The position numbers and the translations under genes were made by a program. From positions 2,254,101 through 2,318,100 of the forward strand of contig NC_092677.1 in assembly GCF_964355755.1 (NCBI RefSeq): a stretch of DNA of 64,000 bases. The letters are read 5' to 3'. Position 1 is the stretch's first letter. Each line of letters starts with the position of its first letter. Under the pieces are notes generated by a model. The model saw only the letters and a list, made by a program, of their open reading frames with translations. It ran no database searches and was not told the origin of the DNA. Shown piece by piece: positions 25,981-37,100 of this stretch. This DNA is from Antedon mediterranea. Taxonomy: Eukaryota; Animalia; Echinodermata.

Positions 25981-27140
25981 AAAACAAAAACCAGTAATTA
26001 ACTAAAATAAAAAGATAACCAAATGAACTAATATTAAAAATATATAGGATAGGATTAATAATACATAAAATAATCAAATTCAAATCGAGTTAACTTGAGC
26101 CGGTTTTACTGAAGCGGACTTGGCCGACTTTCTTATAGTAGAATTTTAAAAGGGCAATATGAGAAATAGAATAACATATATAAAAATAGGTTCCATTTAT
26201 AATTATTCTATGCACTTTCACAAAAATCCATACAATAACAATAACCGTGTGTAACTAAAACAAGATATAGGCCTATTTACATTATTGCTGCAACCAGAGG
26301 TAATATACGACTCTGAAATAACGTAAGGAATTTTATCAATCAGAAGCGAGTGTTCAAACTATCCGCCGGCTGTGATTGTGTGCCTCCAAGCTTTAATATA
26401 CCAAAAACATGGACAGATCAAATTGTAATACCGATAAACGTACATTCTGAATGTTGTTCTGAGAGAGACGATATTCCTAAATGTCATCAATGATCATTAT
26501 TTTGGCCTCTACAAGCTTCTAAAATCACGATCAAATAAGTCAGTAGTGAATGATCTTTAATATACGCATGCGCAACAATTCCGTGTTTTATGAACATTTG
26601 TACGCTATCGCAACTGGATAAAGCGAAAACAAAGTAAAATAAATAGTGTTATCATAGGGGAGGAGTGGTAGAAACATATAATTTATGAAAATATAAAAAT
26701 GATATCAAAATGTGTAGGTAGTAGAAAACACAGTTTGGATTTATTGCACTTTTCCATTTACCTCGGTCTCTTTACCTCGTGATTCACTTGTTATCTGAGA
26801 TATCACATCACTAAATGTATTGTTTTGTTAATTCAATAACAATGTAATATTTATTATGTTGGTTTACATCAAATTATGTCAAGCCAATTCCACACAAAGT
26901 CATACAATCTTGGTTCACAACCACTTTAAAGCAAATTACATAGATTCGCACAACAGTAATCCAGAGCTTTCGTTTTTACAACGTGCTACGCGTGATTCGA
27001 CTACGCAGATATACATAGAATCATATGGGCATGCGCAGACTGAATGTTAGACCTCATAACTGCGTAGTCTATTGGCACGTCGATGATATGCCTACGTACA
27101 AATAATCAGCAAGTAGTTTACTCTTTGAAGCAAATAAGAC

Positions 27141-28144
27141 TCAGCAGGACGTACTAGAAGAAAAACTTTCACCCTGTGTCGTCTGACCAATCAGATAGCG
27201 TGTTGCTTCATTCGATGTCGATGATTGGTCAGGAATAAATGTGTGCAATTGATTGCTGAGGTCAGATCCTTGCGTTTGAACAGTATTTGTTGGAAGTTGG
27301 GCGAGATTAAAGTCTAAGTTCTGCATTTCTATAAGGTTACTATCCAAGGAATCTAATGATATAGTCTCTTTGGTTTCCATTGGATCAAAATGCTGCAACC
27401 ACAAATTGTGTCTCCCTTGGTCGGTTGCAAATTCTGGTGTTGATAATGATTTGGCTAGTATCTCGGCTGTCCTGCTTGACTGCGCGGTAACGTTGCATGT
27501 ACTTGCTGTAAATGTCTCATGAGGTCTATATCCGGATGATGATTTCCTTTCGATATTTGGATACGAAGACCCGACTGTCGGCCTATTCAAACTGCCAGAT
27601 TCCGCTCCCTGATTCTCTGCTGTCGAGTTTCTGAGAATATAAGCTTTTTGACGAGAAGGATTTGCAAAGTGACAATAAATGTTAGAATCACTATTGTCAT
27701 CATCAAAAGACGACCATATACTATGCCCTGAGACGGCGCCATTTTGTTTTGCATACGTCTTGTTCCCAACATACGCTTGCTTAATATGTTGCGGATAGCC
27801 TCTCGTTAAAATTTCAAAGATGGCGTCGCGTTTTTCTTCGAATTTGTGCTCTAATTCTTCTAGTTTTGATGAGACGTTGTCTATTCTATTATTAAGATCA
27901 CTTGTTGCTACTATTGGACTGACATCTTCTACAACTATGTGTGGCATTGACGTTGTTCCCTGATCAATATCCAACAAGTCTTTGGTAGTTTCTCCACGAT
28001 GATGGAACGGAATTTCCAACTCATCGTCCTCATCATCCTCGTCATCTTCATCATCGTCTTGCTTGACTCGTCTGCGTTGCTTTGATTGAGTTACCTTTCT
28101 TTCTTTTCCACCCAACTCCATAGTGATAAGAGGGTCAAGCTCTT
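27141..28144 (-). CDS. ERG channel terminal exon with acidic tract and tetramerising coiled coil
   Basis: 326-aa ORF; [31 protein letters not shown] resembles the KCNH C-terminal coiled coil; ttttgcag acceptor in phase 1; TGA at 27141. Confidence 0.85.
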
Positions 28145-31100
28145 CTGCAAAATAAGAGTTTTTTACTTAATGACATCTAGACAGATCATGTATATTATTA
28201 TATTATTAATATCAGTAAATGTTGACATTATGACGAATACATATATATATGTCTCAGTTTTGGTACGTCTTGATACACAACCGAATTCAGAAGACACACA
28301 TGGAGGAGAGTTGTTTAATCATCTACGGTGCCCCAACAGCAGCTACTAAAGGGCAAAGTAAAGTAGGCCTAAGTTTCCATAACTGTGGATTTCAACCACT
28401 TCAACAAAACTTTCCACCAAGTTTGGCACTTTCTCATTGCTTTCATGCAATAATATTTATTCAATACCTTCTTTACATTCTTTGGTGACATCTTCGTCAG
28501 AAGAGAAGCCAGGAGTAATGTCACGTCCAGCCCACTCTGGTGAAAACTCTAGTAGTCCACTTCCGGATCTGATCATTTCAGAACTGCCTCCAAATCGTCG
28601 AGGAGGACACGGAGTGGTTGGAATGCTGGTTCTCCTCGATTTCTTGACTGGTGTTATTGGTTGACCCGCAACTGGAGGAAGATTTTTCTGCAATTTCCAA
28701 ATTTAAAACCATAAATTCAAATAACCTCCTAAAAACCTAGATTTCTGACAACATTGATAATTCTGTAGTTATTATTACTATTATTAGTAACTAAGATTAT
28801 TTATAATTGGTTCTAAAGGCCTGACAAAAATATCCTTTAGTCGTACCAAGACAATCTAACAACAGGACACTCGCCTTGCCAAGATAAGAACTCGCAACAG
28901 TCCTTTGATCTTATGTCTGGTTGCGACAAATACCAACAGTACTGTACTATGTTTATTCTCTGTTTCTGTTAACAGATCGTGTCGCAGCCACAGATAAACC
29001 ATTTCAGAATCCTGTTGTTAGATTGCCTTGGTCGTACAAAAGTGGCAATAAACGTTTTTCTAATCGAGTTGTTGTGAGTACTTACGTCACGAAGTTCAAA
29101 TGTTATGTTAACTTTATCCCTCCAATGTTGTTGAAATTCCGGATACGAATCTATGACTTCATAGAGATCACCTCGTGTTAATGACAATAGGTCACAGTAG
29201 GTCAATGCTCGAACTGTACCCTTTGACCTTCCCACTGTACTATATTGACAAAAGTTTTCGCCAAGAATGTCTCCTTTACCTAAACGTAAAAAAGTATAAT
29301 GGAAAAAGCATGTTGGTGGTTTTTTTTCCAAACATGGAGGTAGGGGGAGGTATGATTGTCGTATGTTTCACATGCCATTCTATCAATTTAATGCACGCCT
29401 CTATCATTGCATCAGTGTACAGTATAAGAATATAAGTTTCGTTGACAGTTAGGCTTATAAGTGTTTTGCATTGGAGAATGGATTATTATTTTTTTTTTTT
29501 TTTTTTTTTTTATCTTATGTGGGTTCATCCCACTTTTATTTCCATACCACTGTTCTCTTTACATATATTTTTCACTATACACTATACATATCATTATATT
29601 TACAATGTTTGTTTAATCATCTGTATACATATACTTATTTAAAGAGTTTTATTCATTTGTTTACATATTATCACATTGATTACATAGCTTCCTCTTTTTA
29701 AACATATTATCTGTAACACATTTTCATTAACAAGCTTATTTTTTTTCTTACATAGTTGTTTTTGATTTTTTCATCTACCACATTTTCATTTAACAATGCA
29801 TATTCTCTGTTATACTCATGGATTATTATTATTAATCGTTCACAGCTTGTGGAAATGTTTATCGGATTTAAATAAAACATGTTGTTAAAGATATTGTTTT
29901 CTCATACGCTCTGCATTTTGCGGTCAAACAGACAGACAGGCCCATAGGTTGATTTAATGACCGAAAAAAAAATGTAAAGTGCGACGACTTGAGTGTCTAT
30001 TTACAATTCGATTTCTACGTTGGACGAATGAATGTTGTGAATGAATGTTGTGTTAACAATGCAAATTGTAATGTACCCGTATGTAGGCCTACTTTCGTGT
30101 AACATTGTGTAAATCATTAGAAATCAATACAGCCGCATTATGGAGAAATAACATGACTAATGTTTCTTGAATATTTAGAAATCATTGAAATAATGTGAAT
30201 TGAATTTGTTCCGACAAGGACTTTAATCCGATACATTATGTGTGTACATTATTCAAGAATGTGATTATAATCGCAGTGTGTAGGTGGCGTTATCATTAGC
30301 TTTAGAGCTACCGGTAATAATTAAATTTATTCTGTTATAGTCTGACAGCTTCAGTTTATTTTAAAGGTAAAATAGAAAATATTAACAATAATCACACAAA
30401 TTAAACTGGGCATGCGTAGTGTCAAGCGTAATAGAAATAATACATTCGCATTTTAAAAAGATTGTTTATCTTTTACTAAAATTAAAATGACGATTTTGTT
30501 TTAATATCATTATATAAAATGGGGATAAAACTGGCAACAAGGCTCATCGATTAAAAAACAAATTTCTTTCGATAAATGGTAATTTATATTTTTCTTTAAA
30601 AATAAAAACTGAACATTTACGTCAGTGAATTGCGTGTTGCGTCACGTGACAATAAGAACAACTAACCTAGAATTGCAACAACTGCATCCTCATCCAAAAT
30701 TTCCAACGATCCTCTTGATATAAAATAAAGCGTTGCTAGGTTATCACCGATGTGAACTAGAATGTCTCCTGGGGCTAAATGAGTGGCTTGAAATTTCATA
30801 GATAGCGCTCTCAAACAGCCGACGTTCACACCTTTAAAAGCTGCAGTATTTTTCAATAGATTCCGATTTAGATGGAGGGAGATGTCAGCCTGAAGAAAAT
30901 CTGGAAAAGTTTTCATTACCTAAGAAAAATAAATGATATCAAATAATATAATAATTAACACCTTCCATATAAATTTAAATATGATGGTCTACCGCCACCT
31001 ACCGACACAATAAAGAGTCTACAGTAGTAATTCCAGTTAGGCTAGCTGAAAACACGATAAAATATGTATTATACTTCTTCTAGTATTAACTGCATCAAAA

Positions 31101-34100
31101 TAATTACTTTTAGTTTCATGAGTCATCGATAGCTTGAATTAATAACGACAATGCTCAATATCTGAGATAAAGTGTAGCTCTACTTAAACGTAATTGAAAT
31201 CTCACAGCTTCTGATATGATAATCTAACAATCTCAGCAATGATAGTGTATCTTTGATCTCAGTCAAACCCGTAGCCAAACCAATCAAAAGTGTCGATTCA
31301 TCTTATTCGTTTTGTTTTTTGGTCAAACTTAACTACGCGCGTGGCACGTCAGTCATTTGCATTTCGTCCTAGTCGAAATAATGCATTTATTATTATATTA
31401 TTATAAATATTATTGTCTTTTCTGTGTTATTAACCTTTAACTAATTTTGAGCAATTGTATGTCAACATGAATTTCCTTTTGGACAAAAAAATGAACTATG
31501 AACTATGACGTGTACATACTTCATCGATTTCTTGTACGTCACTTTGTTTTGCAGACGTCCACACATGTTTAAAGTACTCCCTCAATCTTTGATTCAGTGG
31601 GCTCGGCACATTGTGAAATTTGATAAATTCTTTGACGAGCGCCATCTGTTGATGATACCTTGCCATTCCTTCATACAGTCGCTCAATGATGGCGGTCATG
31701 TTTCCGAAGACGCAGGCAAACATAAGAGCTGAAAAAGAAACATTTATCTTATTATTAATTATATGTAAAGCTCTGTCTACACTATCAAACTAGTTTGAAA
31801 AAAAGTGTGATGTGGTCAAATATGGTAGTGATATGCCCAAACATAGTAGTGATACGCCTAAATATGGTAGTGATATGACATCATCATGTCCATATATGGC
31901 CACATCACATTTTGTTGTCACAAAAAGTTTGATAGTGAAGACAAGTTGGTCCATAGTTCAATTCATTATTATTTTGGGATTTGATTTGGGAGGGTAGGTA
32001 GGTTCATGTCAGAAAAAACGAATTGAATAATTTCCAACATTCAGAAATATTGTTAGTTAAAAAAACGTGTGTGGCAGTTTCAATCTTTTATCAATACAGA
32101 CAACTTCTCTTACAATAAAATATCTAACCATCAAAACGTTATCTTATTGTAAATAATCATGTAAAAATGTATAAAAACATGATCACTTATTACAATAATT
32201 GAACGCATTTGAAGCAAAGTTGTTTAAATTTGAATAAACATTTGAGTATTATTCTATGATATTGTTCTTATTGTATACACAAGAATTTTTGAAAAGAAAT
32301 GTTATCATAATATTACCAGTATTTGATTGACAGAATTTTATTTCCTATAGTCTTCAATAACACCACAAAAGAGACGCAGTAAGTTGACGCGCGCGTACAA
32401 AAATAAAATAAGATTATCAACGTCTGTACGCACGCGTAAAGATTTGTCTGAGTGTGGTTTCATTGACGATGGGAATTTTTTACATTTTTTTACAATATTT
32501 AATAGTACACATAATGTTAAAGATGTGTTGTCAAATTCCAAAAAATAAAAAGATTTCGAAAAAAAGTGGGTCATTTTGAAGTATCATAATAGTTATTAAC
32601 TTTCACCAAAAAATAATCGGAAAAAAAAATCATTTAACTGAAATACGGACGTTTTTTGGTTCAAAAAATAACTTTGACTTCCAGTCAAAGTTTTCGATCA
32701 AAACATATCTCATAATGCAATGCGCACATTTGGCTGCTCTGTATGTATAATCATAAACTTCCTCGCGATCTGTGTGAAAACACCTTCTCAACCGTGACGA
32801 GTTGTAAACAATCCTAATTAGCATCATGGTTTAAAATCTTTGTTTACTTTGTTTTTCAGACGAAATGTAATCAAATTAATTTAGCTATTAATTACGTAAA
32901 ATTGTTGTTTTTGTCTTGAATTTTCGACATAAAGTGAATAACTTTAATATTACTTTGATATGGCCAATTAAAATTTAGTATATTTTGACCTTCATTTTTT
33001 TGTATTTCAAGGGACAATACATCTTTAAGTAAAGAGTAACGTTTATGACCTAATGACAACTATTATTAATTAATGGCATTCCTCTGACTTGGTTTATGTT
33101 CTATTGGACATAGTATCTAGTTTTACCTATCATGAAACACGTGCTTCTTCTTTTACCTATCATGAAACACGTGCTTCTTCTTTTACCTATCATGAAACAC
33201 GTGCTTCTTCTTTTACCTATCATGAAACACGTGCTTCTTCTTTTACCTATCATGAAACACGTGCTTCTTCTTTTACCTATCATGAAACACGTGCTTCTTC
33301 TTTTACCTATCATGAAACACGTGCTTCTTCTTTTACCTATCATGGAACACGTGCTTCATCGTTTATCAAGACATGGGAGAAGATAAAGGTCTCTATTGTG
33401 ATCAGGTATAGCACGCATCTGTAGTATTATCTTGGATGCGCAACATTCGCACCTTTAATCACCATTCCGCGCGCGCAGTTGTTAACACGTGACGAATAAA
33501 AAGTAATTATGCACAACCTATATTACTCCCGAGGTTGTCCTTCTAAAAGTTTCTTTCTTACTCTTTAAAAAAAATTATTATTCACCAAGACTGCTCTTGG
33601 GTAATTTTACTTAGAAATTCTCAAAGATTAGGGACTATACCGATACATAACATACCGTTTGTTGCTATATTCATTACTCTAGATAATAATACCGCTACAG
33701 GCTATGTTAATATGAACATAAATTTAACGAATGCTTTTCCAAAGGTTATTTTTTTCAATTTATCTATTTCTCTCTGATCGAAGACCATAAATCAAGTTAT
33801 AAAAAATCAGAAAGTAGTGAGTTGTGTTATTCCTAAGACATTTGCTAAGATGTTTGCTAGTAACGTAATTACACTGCGAGGAGCTGTACCCTTTTTCACT
33901 GACAACCATGTTGTCATCGTAATCACTAAAATGTAAAATGTTAAAGTGCAAAGTAGTTTGAAAGAAGGTGAATTAGACATTTGAATACTTCCGACGACGA
34001 CGACAGATGATATATTATTTTACAGTCCGATTGTTTTGATGCCATTTTTATTCAAAACACTATAGGCTAAGAATAATGATGAGTTAGCTGTATTAAATCT

Positions 34101-37100
34101 AAAGTACGCGCCCCGGATCGGTTGCCACGCAACGCAATAACGCGCAGGCAACGCAGGTAATTTGAGCAATCACAATTCATATCATCTGTCATCTATGATT
34201 GGTCAAATTACGTGCGCTGTGCGTTGACCTAGCGTTTCGTGCATATCGTAGCAACCTGTTATGCTATAGCAGGAATAGGAAAACATAAATCTATCACTAT
34301 CTGTAATTAGCTGCTACTGTACTATCCATTCAAAAGCAAAATCAAATTACAATTTCTATTTTATAATAAGATTCAGAAAGTTTACGAGATATATTTCTCA
34401 CCAATTCAGAGATATTAAATTGACGCTCGGTAATTGACTTGAGCTGAAATTATTCCCAAAACGCGTTCGTAAAAACAAAACCACGTTCGTGGTAACGCGT
34501 TCGAACGTGTTTATGGGTCGCGTTTCGAACGTGTTTACGGGTTGCGTTTCGAACGAGTTTATGAGTTGCGTTCGAACGAGTTTATGAGTTGCGTTCGAAC
34601 GTGTTAGTGGGTCGCGTTGTGATACTTAATTTTGCGCAATGCAACAGATGACGTCAGCCTAATATTACGTAATCAATTAATTGCGTGTACTTACATCCAA
34701 GAAGCATAATGCAGATGGAGAAGAGCTTCTCGGCTTCGGTGTTAGCAGATACATTACCAAACCCTACAGTAGTCAAAGTGGTTAGTGTGAAGTAGAGCGC
34801 AGTCAGGTATTGCGCTTCTGTTGACGGTCCACTATCCGTTTCGTTCTAGAAATGAGAACGCCAGATAATTAGCTTAATTATTATGTACAATTTAGTTAAA
34901 AGCCAAATTTCATACTAATGATTGGTTCCCATTAAAGACGTAACACAAGGACGTAGCGCAACGTAATTGATTTGATCAATCACAAGCGATGGATTATTCA
35001 AACTGTCGCCCGTCATTGGTCAACACGCTTACGTTGCCTTTACGTCCTTGCGTTACGTCCTAGTGGGAACCACGCTTTAAAGACAAATTTACGTTCGAGC
35101 GGTACCGGCGGTAAGCAGAAAACCGCATAGCTTGTCCCGCGTTTAAGTATTATCTGTATCTCCGCGTTTTGTGTAAATGGTCATAAGAAAAACATAGATT
35201 CAATATTTTTTTCCGCTTTCTATTAATTACCGCTTTCCGTTACCGCTCGTCTGTGTAAATCGGTCTTAAATCGTCCCATTTATTTGTCAACTATGTAAGT
35301 AATTGAATGTTTACTACAGTATTACTGTTTAGTAGTTCCTGTAGTAGTAATTCATTTAGTGTGATACTATTGTGATATTCAGTAAATACATTGTGTGTTC
35401 GAATCTTTCCATTTTCGGCAGTGTCATACATTGTTTTTCCAAATAATATTTTTTTCGGTAGTATGTCATTTCGTTGTTTGATTTAATTATGCAAATAGAA
35501 ATATGAAACAACCGCATGACGCATGACGAGAGCGGCATGTGCCACGACCACCTGTGCATTTGAAGAGCGATCTTGAGAGGACAGATTAACATTAATGTCA
35601 TTTATTTTATTCATTAATTTGACCACTGGTTGTTAGCGAAGGCAGGTGATGACGCCCCGGATGACGCTAAGTGCATCACAGCCTGTTTCATGATTGAACT
35701 GTGAAAAGAGTGGAAAGGATCACGACGACAAAGAAAACAATGTCAATCAGGCAGTGAGGAGGCGCGCGCGTTCAAATGCAAATGAGTGGAAAGGGTCACG
35801 AGGACAAAGAAAACAATGTTAATCAGGCAGTGAAGAGGCGCGCGCGCGTTCAAATGCAGTCAAGCGTACCCTACAAAAGATATACGGGTGTACAACCATC
35901 ACTTAGCTTCGTCTAATGCAAACCACCATTATTCTCAAACCCAAATAATTATGTGTAACCAATTATAATTTTTGATTTGATTGTGCAAGTGTTTCGTTCC
36001 GGATATTAGGGGACAATACATATTTAATGAAACCGAACTTGGACGCGGGTAGCACAAATGAGTTGACCAATCCCAAGCGACTTTTGCATGATCCATTGTG
36101 TCGTGATAGGTCAAAATTACTTGCGGTGCGCCTACGTCCTAGTGACAACAACACTTTTAATCTGAAGTATACAACATGGTTTCTGTGCTCTACTGGAAAT
36201 GTTTTTGGATGGCCGGCTTTTTTAGATAGGAGATGAGTTTTTGGAAATAATCGAGGGGTTTTTTTTGGAAATAATACTTACTGTAAAGGGTTCTTGTATG
36301 TCTTTTGCTAACTTTGCTATCCAACCCGAGTAGTTCTGTTTGCTACGTTCTGCGTCACCTATCGCGTACCAGATACAAGCCATCCAATGGGCGACCAGTG
36401 CAAAGGTCAACATGAGGAGGCAGACAACAGCTGGACCATACTGAGAATATCTGTCCAGCTTTCGCGCCACTCTAAGTAACCTGAGCAACCTTGCAGTTTT
36501 CAACAATCCCATGGTTGTTGTGGTTTTCTATAAAAAGAAGCAAAAGATGATAAATACAGAAGTACGCTACAACCGAGTTGGGTATAAAATCATAATATAC
36601 CGTTGGGGGCGCTAATCCCCCTATGTTTATACATACTAGTGTTTCTCAATCTTCATGTTGTAAATCTAATAATGCCTTGCGGATTTATAATTTCAAACTA
36701 TAATTTTGTGACGTCATCATGGTTAACTATTTCCATCACATGGTTCACCATTTCCATCTATAATAACTATTTAGAAAGGTACAAAGGACTGACGCAAAGC
36801 AGCCCACGCATAGGCCTACATAGTTCAAGTACGCGTAAACTAGTACACTAGTTTTCTATTTGCTATAGCAATCTAAACTTGTTTTGTACCGAGCAAAGCA
36901 CGCATAATTTAATAATTATTTATATCTAGTTTTCTTCATTGGCAATTTTACCCTTGTGGTTAAATCACTTGCGTTGCGCGTCTTTGAATCGCGCGTCTTT
37001 GCATCACGTCCATGATAACCAATCACGTCCTAGTGGGAATTAAGTTTTACCATGCATAACATATAGACCAGTCGTATTTGAGGTATAGGTGTCACTTTTA

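Noticed and set aside
25476-26083. Overlapping repetitive ORFs
   Set aside because: Derived from the 42-bp minisatellite
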